From the NCBI GenBank assembly GCA_030770535.1, contig JASVEC010000013.1:372001-436000 (forward strand): 64,000 bases of DNA, in the 5' to 3' direction. Source of the stretch: Batkoa obscura. Lineage: Eukaryota. A program made the translations under genes and the position numbers. Position 1 is the first letter of the stretch. The number at the start of each line of letters is the position of its first letter. Shown here one piece after another: positions 50,738 through 61,579 of the stretch. The notes beneath the pieces are model-generated. The model did not search any database. It was not told the origin of the DNA and saw nothing but the letters and a program-made list of their open reading frames with translations.

Positions 50738-50863
50738 ATGCAACTTACTTTCCTTATCGCTTACACTGTTTACATTATGTCTGTAATCACTTCAGTTCCT
50801 ACTAACAACCAACCAGCTGCTGATAAAGCCAAAGTAGTTGAAATTCGTCGTCACTGGCCTTGA
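50738..50863 (+). CDS. Secreted HWP-peptide precursor copy 7 (same protein as copy 5)
   Basis: Identical to copy 6; tandem unit ~1.89 kb. Confidence 0.85.
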   Translation: MQLTFLIAYTVYIMSVITSVPTNNQPAADKAKVVEIRRHWP

Positions 50864-51104
50864 ACATGGGGTCAAACCTTAGACTACTATTGCCTGGATA
50901 TTTACCCATAAATAAACATAATATTAAAAATATATATATTTTGTCCTTTTTATATCGAAATTTTTGTCTGCTGCTGCTTATAATATATAAACGTTACTAT
51001 TTTAATGACAATAGATCATTCAAATAAGGGAGCTTCTACACTTTATAATTTTTATTATAGGGCCTAAATTATAAACTTTACTATTCAACTAAAAAATGCT
51101 TATC

Positions 51105-51912
51105 TAATTGCAGCTGGTTCCTAAAAAATTGTAATTTACCGCCATGAATAAATTTGACTTAACATTATCATTGATCATTGGGATATTTAGAAGCACTGAT
51201 ATTAAAAATTGCTTTAGTAATTGTGTCCCTTCTATTATCTAATAAGCCAACAGTTACAATTAATCGTTCACTTCCCTAACATACAGTGAAAATAAAGCTG
51301 TTCACTTTATTTTTAACATACTTTAAAAAGGCACTCAATTATTGACTTAAATCTAATCACCAGGGTAATTTAAGATTGTTGATATCTATGTCTTGTTCAA
51401 AAAAAAGGTCTGGGGCTATAGAGATCCGTTTGGTAGGAGGTACTGACTAAGTAGGTAGTTTTTTATACTGTAAAAAATTCCTATTTTGGACAGTTTTGTT
51501 CCAAATAAAAAAATTACTATTTAGAATAAAAATACAGCTATTATACGCTTTTAATAAAGTTAGGTTAGGAAGTTTAGGGTTAGGGTTTATATTTAGTTAA
51601 ATTTAACCAGCGATTTGTCTGATAAAAATCAATACTTTGCCAAAAAAAAATACTATCTACCTAGTTAGTGCCCCCTATCATGCGCTCAACAGTTTTAATA
51701 TGTTCTTTGATTGTAGCGATTGCCTTTACACGTGATTTAGGTATAAAAGATAACATGGTACATGCAATTTAGAAATCAAGATTATATAAGCCAGTGCTAA
51801 TTACAGCAATTATAGTGAGTTATTTTTCTGATAATGGAACTTTGAACCAGATACTGTTAAATTAATTCCTTTGCTTTGAAGTGAAGTTTTTGTAATTTGT
51901 TTCCACTGAGTC
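51105..51912 (-). pseudogene. DJ-1/PfpI pseudogene
   Basis: NFTSKQ..FNSIWFKVP, CTMLSFIPKSR, TVC*GSE, GLLDN; stops, frameshifts and a family-B MITE; boundaries approximate. Confidence 0.8.
51432..51679. mobile_element. ~250-bp MITE (family B)
   Basis: TIR GGTAGGAGGTACT / AGTGCCCCCTATC; internal TTAGGGTTAGGG. Confidence 0.75.
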
Positions 51913-52715
51913 AATCACGTTTGTTGTAATTTGTTATTTTAAATTGATGTTTACTCTTATTTTATATAGTGTTTAATGAGACAATTGCATTAATTAAAGT
52001 TGGTTATCAAGCTTTTTTAGATTACTCCTCCCTATCGAAGATTTGGTTTGTTTAAAAAAATCAAAGGTGAGAAGAAAGGAAATAACCAAATAAAAAAAGA
52101 ATTGAGCAGGAGACCTATACCTGTTAGGGATTAGTAAAATACCTGTTTTTCTCCAGTCAAACGATTGAAAAGAAGAGAATTGATTATTGGAGGAATTGAT
52201 TTGGTTACGAATGAAAAAAGTATTTCATATAGTAGTCCTTTCCATCCAAAAACTAGAACTTATTTAGATGATGAAGAGATAAATTATTAAATTAGCTTAT
52301 TAAAAGTCCTTTAAATAATTTACGCAACATATGAAACTATAAAAAGTTTATCAAATTTGTCTAATTTAATAAATAAGATATGAATAAAGTCAAGAGATAA
52401 TGACCATGATAGAAGAGAATTAAATTCAATGTTAAGAGCAAAATCACAGGCATAGTAGAAACTTTAGACGAAAGAACAAGGTATGAAGTTATGTTTTATA
52501 TCCTAATCAAAAGTAAGTAGAACAAAATATTAAACTACTATTAATTTTAAAAAAAATCTCGAAATAAGACAAGTCTTAAATGGTTTATTATTTCGGTTTT
52601 AAAGCTAAATGCAAAGAATGGATAAAGGAGATAGTAAGACATAGACAGAGAACGAAAGAGATCTAATATTATTTATTTTAATTTAGTAGATGTTTATTGT
52701 CTTTGATCACAATCT

Positions 52716-53600
52716 TCATATCGGTTGTTTTTTAGGATGTATCTTTTCAGGTGATTGAATCAAACTTTTATTAAAATCGTGAGAATATCGGAATGTAACT
52801 GACTTTTCATTATTATTATATGGATTGAGTATATCAGGGGATTCAATTACAACTGGATCCGTTATTAATTCAAGTGGTTGATTTCTTTTTATTCTTTGTT
52901 TATAATAGATTAATAAGATTAAGAGTATTAGAAGAATCACATCTACAGAGCCACCTACACTAAGTCCTACTAGTTTACTAGTATCAATATTATCCTTAAG
53001 GTTGTTTTCTGTTGCTGATGTATAGTCTTTGATTTGTTATTTTTTGTTATTTAGAGCTGGTAAAGTATTCACTGTATTCCAAGTATTAATATCAACTAAT
53101 TGAATTCTACCACTGTCAATAAATCCAAGTGATTGTAATACGCCATACAACCAAAATTTAAAATGGAAGTAAAGTTTGCTTCTTTGAGATTATAGGAACT
53201 GATGTTTAATTTATAAATGCCTAAATTTTCAGCAACCGTAGATTGAAATAAATAAATAAATAGAATTATCCGCTTTCATTCTTTTAGCTGTTTCATTCTT
53301 TCTTAAATAATTATTAAATTTATGACTAGTTAATATGTTATTTGATGAATTATATTTATATAGTTGATCAGAATTTGTTCGTAATTAATAATCAGACTCA
53401 CTCTTTGATTCAAAACAATAAATCTTATCATTTAACGTGAACATTTCACCTCCGATAACTACTCCAATATTAAATAGTATATTTAATTCATTTGTTTCAG
53501 TATTATATAACATTAATGGCAACGTTTCAAAGTCCTCTCCCCTTATTATACATACCACTAACATAAAATTGGTTTAAATTGAAATCATCTTGTATATTGA
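52716..53600 (-). pseudogene. 5'-truncated, degenerate kelch-TM paralog
   Basis: TM and tail ELITDPVVIE...FRYSHDF match the family; upstream part frameshifted and ends at a MITE. Confidence 0.7.
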
Positions 53601-53618
53601 AAGTATAATGATATATAT

Positions 53619-53717
53619 GGGGATGTATTTTTTTGTTTAAGAATTTTACTAACAATCTTTCCACTCAAATAGCCCTTAAAAAATGGAAAAAATGATGAAG
53701 CTAAAAAAAGCACCCCC
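53619..53717 (-). mobile_element. 99-bp MITE (family A)
   Basis: ATAT both sides. Confidence 0.9.
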
Positions 53718-53891
53718 ATATCATCTGCTATCATACTAGGATCATTATTCAATTTAGTAATATGATTAATTATGTTATATTGATATCAGCTATTTTTATT
53801 AATATTATAATAACTAACAAATGACCCTTTATTTTTAAGTTGATGAAAGTTAATAATTGTATTATTTTCTTTACCAAGATAGTAAGAATAA

Positions 53892-53991
53892 GGGGATATG
53901 TTTCTTTGTTTAAGGATTTTACTAATAATCTTTCTGCTTAAATAGTGCTTAAAAAATAGAAAAAGTGATGAAACCAGAAAAAACAACCTTC
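53892..53991 (-). mobile_element. Degenerate MITE (family A)
   Basis: Internal similarity to the family; termini eroded. Confidence 0.7.
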
Positions 53992-54666
53992 TATGTTTAA
54001 ATTTTAAATCAATTTATCAATATTAAATTAATATATTTATACTATCAACTTCAACTAAGGTTTTATTATAAATATATAATATCATTAAAAGTATAAATAG
54101 TAAATATTTTATTATCTCATAAAGTTATATTATATCATATATATTACTTATAAATCCAATATAACTTACTTTTTTTACTGCTTGTATTGTTTATATTATA
54201 TCTATAATCATTCAGTTTTTATTAATAGCTAACTAGCTATTAATATAGCCAATATAGTTGAAATTTGTTATCACTGGCTTCAAACATTAAACTAAACCTT
54301 GTATTATCATTAATTAAATATTTTTAATTAAATAAATAAAATCTTTTATAAAACTAAATTAATTTAAAAATCTTTCTATAAAGGTATTTGTGTATTATTG
54401 ATAAATATAACATGATATTTATAAAAATTTTTAAAAAAAGAATTCTATATTTAAATACTGAAATATATTTTTTTATTTCTATTTGTTTATTTTTTATATA
54501 ACATAAAATTGATCAAATCTTTCAGTAAAATAGGATGTTAAAAATAAATATTTTAATTAGCTATAAATTTTTAATATTTAAAATAATTTATTAACTTATT
54601 AAAATAAAATAAAATAAAATCAATAATAAATTTTTGAAAAATAACTAATAATAAGAATCAAAAAGT

Positions 54667-56073
54667 TTATTTTAAAATTTGATTAATAAATTGTAATATT
54701 TTTTGTTTAGCATCTACTACTTCTAATTGATCATTGCTATTCGGTTTATAAATATCCATTGAATGCGAACCATTAATAATGTTAATAATTTTCATTGAAT
54801 CATACGTTGAATTGATAATAGATAATGAAGACCAAGGATCTAATTGACCATTAATTAGTAGTAAATTATTAACTTTGATATTTTTACTATTATAATTTAA
54901 ATTTGTCTTTGTTACATTTAATATTAAATTATTATTAATCCCGAATGTATTTTTACAATAGAATTCCATATTAAAATTAATAGTTAATAATTTCGATCTT
55001 ACTGGTAATTGGTTTAATGGGGCTATTTGCCAATATCCGAATTCAGTACAACATTGATACATCCATTGTCTAAAAGCATCTCCACGATTTGGTTTTTCAA
55101 TTGAATTATATTTTAAATAATTAAAATCCTCCCCACATTTGTTATCATTTAAACGGAATTTAAAATCTCTAATAAAATCTTCAAACTTTTCTTTTGATGT
55201 CCCATTTAACATTAATGAATTACAGTAATTTTTTAAATTGTCTTTTTCATTATATTGAACTAAAGCGGATAAATATAAAAAAGCTAAACCAAATTCATCA
55301 TCTTCAATAGTTTCACATGTGAATTTCTTTTTCAATTCATACTTCTCTTCTATACTTCCATTCAATAATATATTGTTAATAAATTGAAAGTTTTCTAAAT
55401 GATAATTCAAACATGATTGTCCCCCATGAATTAATAATGCTTTTTGAACCATTAAATCATACTCAAAGAAATCTATTTTAGCTTCTAATGCAGCCGATGA
55501 AGCAATGGCCCCATGAAATGTATCCGGATATTTGTATTTTGCCCAAGCAGCTAAATTCCCTGCATAACTAGCACCATATAAAATCCACTGAGTATTTTTA
55601 TTTTTCTCATCTATATTCTTAACAAAATTAACAATATCTAAAATAGCTAATTCAGACGTTAAATATTTTAAACTATTTAAAGATAAATCTTGTTTTGGAT
55701 AAGATTCACCATAAAATCGATGTTCTAATGCATAGATAATACCTCCTTGTTGTTCTGCTGCCGTTGTTAAGATCGAATTAGTTGCCCAATAATCCCCATA
55801 TAATTCTCCTTCCGCACCAATAAATAAGAAAGCTGGTCCTCCAGGACGATAATATTGATCATTCACAAAATAACGTTGGGACCAATAACCAGATTCTAAT
55901 TCAGAATTATTATGGGATAAAGATTGATTAAACCATAATTGTTGTACTGAATTAAGTAATCGACTATTATGGATTAATTGACTAGGTGATGGATCTCTGT
56001 ATTTAAAATATAAGAAATTGCTATGAATGAAGAGTGGAAATAAAAAGAAAAGGAAATTATAAATTGAATTCAT
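54667..56073 (-). CDS. Secreted/vacuolar peptidase family S28 (prolylcarboxypeptidase/DPP-II-like)
   Basis: Signal peptide; QRYFVN, ALEHRFYGES, GASYAG (Ser), DPW (Asp), HSMD (His), QCCTEFGYWQ. Confidence 0.93.
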   Translation of the reverse strand: MNSIYNFLFFLFPLFIHSNFLYFKYRDPSPSQLIHNSRLLNSVQQLWFNQSLSHNNSELESGYWSQRYFVNDQYYRPGGPAFLFIGAEGELYGDYWATNSILTTAAEQQGGIIYALEHRFYGESYPKQDLSLNSLKYLTSELAILDIVNFVKNIDEKNKNTQWILYGASYAGNLAAWAKYKYPDTFHGAIASSAALEAKIDFFEYDLMVQKALLIHGGQSCLNYHLENFQFINNILLNGSIEEKYELKKKFTCETIEDDEFGLAFLYLSALVQYNEKDNLKNYCNSLMLNGTSKEKFEDFIRDFKFRLNDNKCGEDFNYLKYNSIEKPNRGDAFRQWMYQCCTEFGYWQIAPLNQLPVRSKLLTINFNMEFYCKNTFGINNNLILNVTKTNLNYNSKNIKVNNLLLINGQLDPWSSLSIINSTYDSMKIINIINGSHSMDIYKPNSNDQLEVVDAKQKILQFINQILK

Positions 56074-56614
56074 TTTTTTAAATTTTGATTTTAATTAATA
56101 TAAATCAATGCAATTTGAATTCATTTTTATATTAATTTATATTAATTTATTAAAACTTATTGAAATTTAGATTCCTATTTATCTTATTCTTTAGGTGAGA
56201 AAGTGACATCTTTTATAATTAGATTACTTGTTTATTCTACAAAACACAACAAATTATTAAGCTTGTGCTTGTATCTTCAGTCTATATTAAAAGCGATAAT
56301 TAGTTATTATAGATAAATAGTAACATTTACTACTATATTGAATCATCAATTGGATAATAAGCCTACAATTTTATGTAATAAAAATAGTTCGCGTTTTATT
56401 ATCTTAGATTTGGCAAGGGATTGATTCCTGTTTTTATTCAATTTATAATTAACCGTTTTTATGAATTTTTTTTAATATTCTTAGAACTTATCTAAAACGA
56501 CTGAATCGCTTTTTGTATTTATCTTATCACAAGTGTAAATGATTAGAAATTAAAAACTAATCCTTGAAAAAGGAATTTTATTATTTGATTTAATATTAAA
56601 TAGTTTAATAATAT

Positions 56615-56711
56615 GGGGGAGTATTTTAGTTTCACCACTTTCTTCATTTTTTAAGCGCTATTTGAGTGGAAAGATTGTTAGTAAAATTCTTGATTACAGA
56701 AATATACCCCT
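56615..56711 (+). mobile_element. 97-bp MITE (family A) abutting transposon copy 3
   Basis: Shares ATAT 56712-56715 with the transposon. Confidence 0.85.
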
Positions 56712-56715
56712 ATAT

Positions 56716-59584
56716 GGGGGTGTCCGAATTGGTTTCAGAATTTAACTAGAAATTAATCCAAATTTTAAGTTTTTAAATTTGTAAGTCTTTAATGTATGAT
56801 TAGCTAAATTTAAAAAGCTTAAAATTAAATATAAAAATTTAACTTAAAGACTTATTTTATTTATTTTATTTTATTTTATTTTTTTGATTATATGTTTGTG
56901 AAAGTTAGTACTCAGCAATTGGAGTTGAAAGCAGCTCTAGCTTAGTTAACTGGCCGTAAGTCAAAAGGCCTTAGTTTATGTAGCTAAGATAGACTTAAAT
57001 CAATAGGAGTAATACGCAATAAGCTACGAGCTATGTAAAATAAATAGAATACAGGATATTACTATAAAATCTACATAAGATATTATCAGAAAGATTTAGT
57101 GGCTTTATTAAAAGTAAAATATTAGGGAACAATTTAATTAAAAAGCCTTGAGCTATTATGTTGAAGAATCTATTTTATACTCAACTAGTTTTGTAAACAA
57201 GTTAAGTGATTATTATGCGATAATCAATCACAGAGATGATGAAACGATATTTCACAGTGTTTTGTATTTTTTATTAAATATTCAATAGCTATATAATATA
57301 TAATTATATAGTTATTTGACTTTGTTTTTTGTTAAAATAAAAACAAAATGCAAGCTTTTATAACTAAACTTCGAAATGGAATTTCTAAAAACTTTAATAC
57401 GGTAGGGAGAAGCACATTATATAAACATTGTAATTCATTTACATCAATTTTAGCAACTATTCACAATTGCCCAAAGTTTATGGAATTTTATAATAAAACA
57501 AAAAAAAGAAAAGAAATATTATTAAATTTTACTATTAATAATAACAAACTTAATCAAGCAATGTATAAAATTAGTGTTTTAAGGGAAACAGGAAATAAAA
57601 ACCAACAAGTAGCATTATTATCGACTATAGCTTCAGTATATTCTTTTGATGAATGTAAAAGTTTTGGATTTAATATAAGTAAAAATCAATATGATTATTC
57701 AAAAATAATTAATAATAATAAAATACCAACATTACGACCTACTATCAAAAATACAAAAAAAATTAAAGATGAGCAAATCGAGATTATTATACAATATTTA
57801 CTTGATAATTCAACTATTTCATCAAGATTTAGTAAGAAAAATAATGATAAATATTCGTCAGAGAATATATATATATTAAATAAAAGTAGAAGGATGATAT
57901 ACAGTAAGTATTTTAATGATTTAAAAGATAAAGCAGTAGCTAGGTCAACATTTTTCAAATATATACCAAATAATTTTAAAAATCCAGCAAGAAAAACAGA
58001 TTTATGTAATATATGTGCCCAGTATACAGTTAGAAAAAAGTTATTTGAAAATAAAATAAATACAGCGACAGAAAATAAAGCAGAGATACAGGAATCTTTT
58101 AATAAAGAAAAAAGGTTATATAAATTACATGAATTTTGTGTTGATACTCAAAAAAACATACTTAATGAAACTATTGAAAAATTAAATAATAGAAGTTGTA
58201 TAATAATTTTAGACTTTAAACAAAATATGGAAATAGGAACGAGACCAGATCCAATAAACTTAGATCATTATAATAAACAAGCTATATCAGTATTAGGGTT
58301 TGGCGTTTTGTATTTAAAAAACGATAAAACAATAGGCAAAGTTTATTTTGATTATTTATCTGAAATATTAAATCATGATTCAGCATATGCAGGAGATTGT
58401 TTGATTGATTTAATATCTAAAGAGCCTTTGTTTAAAAAGTTTACAAAAATTAATATATGGGCAGATACAGGATATCATTTTAAATCTCAAGAGTTTTTAC
58501 ATTATGTATTTGAAGAAAGTCATAAAATAAATAGTAGTTTAAATATTGATCTTAATTTTTTTGCTGAGCATCATGGAAAAAGTATAGTTGACGGGCATTT
58601 TGGAAATCTTTCACAGTGGAAAAATAGTCTTGAAGCATTAGGTAAAATAGAAGATATTGATCAATTAATTTCAAAATTTGAGATTTTTGTTTGTGAAAAT
58701 AATAGATTTAATAACTCAACTGTCAATAATGGGAAAACAAATATAATTTTTAAAAAGTATGAAAGAAACAAAGATACAAAAAAAATAATAAAAATAAAAG
58801 GTATTAAAAAGTATTTACATTTTATTAAACGTGGTAAAAAACTATACTGTTATCCAGTATCTGATAGATCAAAAAAAAGCGATATAATTTCAATTAAAGT
58901 TATAGAGTCTATAGAGGATAGAAAAATTAAAAGGTCAACCCCAGCTTATCTTACAAAAATAACTGAGAATTTAAAAGTTTCAATATTTAGTAAGCAAGTA
59001 AGTAGCTTATTAGATGATAGAAATCAATTATTAAATGTTGATATTACTTAAATTATTGATAGCTAAGTTAATAAATAGTCAAAGAGCAAGTAGTTGTAAT
59101 AATAAGTAAAAACTATTAATACACTGCTTGTATTACATAGGGATGGTTAATTATAGTTTTGGGGCTAACCACTCCCTCCCATGCAGCTATTTATTAACTT
59201 AGCGATATATTAATAATGTAATTATAACATTAAAATAATTTATTCATTTGATAGCAAATCTGTAGTGTTGAATATAAAACAATTAATAATAAATATTTCT
59301 TAATAAAGCTATATAAAAGCATATATTTATTTACATATTACAACTTTGACTAATATCACTATACAGGCTATATTAGTAAAATCTTTACTAATCCAGGAAT
59401 TTATATTAAATTTAATAAAAATTCCGCTAATTGACAATATAAATTATAACAAAATAATTTAAAACTGTGTCGGGTACTTTTGGCTTTTAATAAAGAATTT
59501 ATTTTTATAGAATTTTAAGCAAAGTTTTTAAAATATAAATATTTAAAAATTGGATAAAAAAATGAAACCAATTCGGACACCCCC
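56716..59584 (+). mobile_element. Full-length Sola-like DNA transposon, copy 3 (2869 bp)
   Basis: Perfect 22-bp TIRs, ATAT both sides; internal LTR-like insert 56897-57256. Confidence 0.9.
57348..59051 (+). CDS. Transposase (Sola-like)
   Basis: 567 aa intact; DFKQN / WADTG / HHGKSIVDGHFG. Confidence 0.88.
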   Translation: MQAFITKLRNGISKNFNTVGRSTLYKHCNSFTSILATIHNCPKFMEFYNKTKKRKEILLNFTINNNKLNQAMYKISVLRETGNKNQQVALLSTIASVYSFDECKSFGFNISKNQYDYSKIINNNKIPTLRPTIKNTKKIKDEQIEIIIQYLLDNSTISSRFSKKNNDKYSSENIYILNKSRRMIYSKYFNDLKDKAVARSTFFKYIPNNFKNPARKTDLCNICAQYTVRKKLFENKINTATENKAEIQESFNKEKRLYKLHEFCVDTQKNILNETIEKLNNRSCIIILDFKQNMEIGTRPDPINLDHYNKQAISVLGFGVLYLKNDKTIGKVYFDYLSEILNHDSAYAGDCLIDLISKEPLFKKFTKINIWADTGYHFKSQEFLHYVFEESHKINSSLNIDLNFFAEHHGKSIVDGHFGNLSQWKNSLEALGKIEDIDQLISKFEIFVCENNRFNNSTVNNGKTNIIFKKYERNKDTKKIIKIKGIKKYLHFIKRGKKLYCYPVSDRSKKSDIISIKVIESIEDRKIKRSTPAYLTKITENLKVSIFSKQVSSLLDDRNQLLNVDIT

Positions 59585-59628
59585 ATATATTATTTCTTTT
59601 ACTTTATCTTACCAAATACTAATTAAGG

Positions 59629-60096
59629 TGTGAAAGTTGATACTTAGTGGCCGAAGTTAAAAGCTACTCTTGCTTAATTAACTTGCCTTGAGTCGAAGGG
59701 TCTTAGTTTATATAACTAAGGTAGACTTAACTTAATAGAAATAGTATGTAGTAAGCTACAAATTATGTAAAACAAATACAATGGAAGATACTACTATAAA
59801 ATCTATATCAGATGTTGTCAGAAAGACTTAGTGACTTTATTAATGATACGTTATCAGGGAGTAATCCAATTAAAAAAAAACCTGGAGTTATCATATTGAA
59901 GAATCTCTTTTATACTCCAATAAATATGGATATTAATACGAGAGGATGTTATTCCTTGCAATATGAAGTTAGAAATTCTCGCAGCAAATCAAAATAAGGG
60001 ACTCTGACTTGATTGTATTTGAACTTGAGAACACAGCAACTTAAGTGATTGTTGCGTTATAATCAATCCGAGAGCTAAATAAAGCAATATTTCACA
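59629..60096 (+). mobile_element. Free solo-LTR-like element (468 bp)
   Basis: TGTGAAA...TTTCACA termini, AAGG on both flanks, AATAAA near the 3' end. Confidence 0.7.
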
Positions 60097-61579
60097 AAGG
60101 TGTCATTTATTATATGTTTATTGATAGAAATAGTTTATCAGTAAAAATGTGATATCATCCTATTTAAATATTTATATAATAATATGATATAAAACTAACA
60201 ATAAAAAAATAAAATTAATTAATATTTACTTTATTAAAAAAAATTTAATTAAATAACTTAAGTACTTTTCTTAATTAATTAGCTTTTTTTTAAAAAATTA
60301 GAAACTATTATAAGTTCAGTATAAATTTTTGTAATTTTTTATTAAAAAGATTAAAAAAATAGCTAAAAAACAATATAAAAGTATAACTTAATATTTTTTA
60401 AAGTACAAAAACAAATTAAAACATGCAAAAGTAAGTTAAATATGAAATTCAGAGTATAATGTAGTTTTTTAATTGCTTATGATAAAAATTAAATTCAAGC
60501 TATTCTTTTATTATTGACTTTGTAGTGATAAGTGGTAGCTAAGCTACTATTACTTTTAAAGCATTTCAACTTAGATATTAAAAATCTTTTTGGTTTTAAT
60601 AAAATAATAAAATGTCATCTTGAAGTTAGTTTATTAAACTTTTTAAACCCATATTTTTTAAAAATAGTTAGTTTGAAATAAATAAAGAGACTGGTTGACG
60701 TGGAGTAGAATGAACTATTGTACTCATCAGATCTATTCCAATAATCAATTTATCTTGAGTCAAAGCAATAGCTTTAAAATTAAAGAACCAGTAACTGACG
60801 ATACATTAATAATATTCTATAAAAACTATTATTTTTTTAGATAATTAGAAAACTTCAACTACATTAATAATGTTCAATATTTTCAATATCTTACTACAAC
60901 TCCACGTTATAACATCAACATTCTAAGCAAAGTAAATATACATTGAATTATTTTAAAGTAACGTGGTATTGAAAAATTCAACTTAAAAACCAATGAAATA
61001 AAAGGTTTAAAATTAAGGTTTTTATTCTATAAAATAGTATTAAGTATTAATAATAAACTACTTCAACTTGGACCTCTCTTTTTATAAATAAAAGTTGATT
61101 TATTAGATGGCATTCTTTGTAGCAGTAAAAGAAGTTAACTCAATTGTATATTACTTATCTTGTTAAGTTTATGGGCTTAAGATACGTTGAGTTGGTATTA
61201 TTTTAATAATAAAATATAAGTTACAGATAACAATAGTGGATAAATTAAGTTCTTAGTTTAAAGCCAAGTAATGTTATAATATTATTAAAAACTAATAAGT
61301 ACTAACCTTGATATTATAAGCTTAACATTCAATTTAACAACTTTAATAACATTAAAAAATTAAAAATATTTTATATAATAATAATGGGGTGTATCAATAT
61401 TTAATAATACAAATGTTATTTCTAAATACAATTTAAATGTTCGCAAAACAACGATAGTAATAAATTCAATTAATTAGTTAAATTCAATTACTAAATTAAG
61501 CTTTTATAGAATTTCAATTCATTAATTGAACTATACTATAAATAAAAAACAAAAGAAAATTAAGAATCCATTTTTACTA

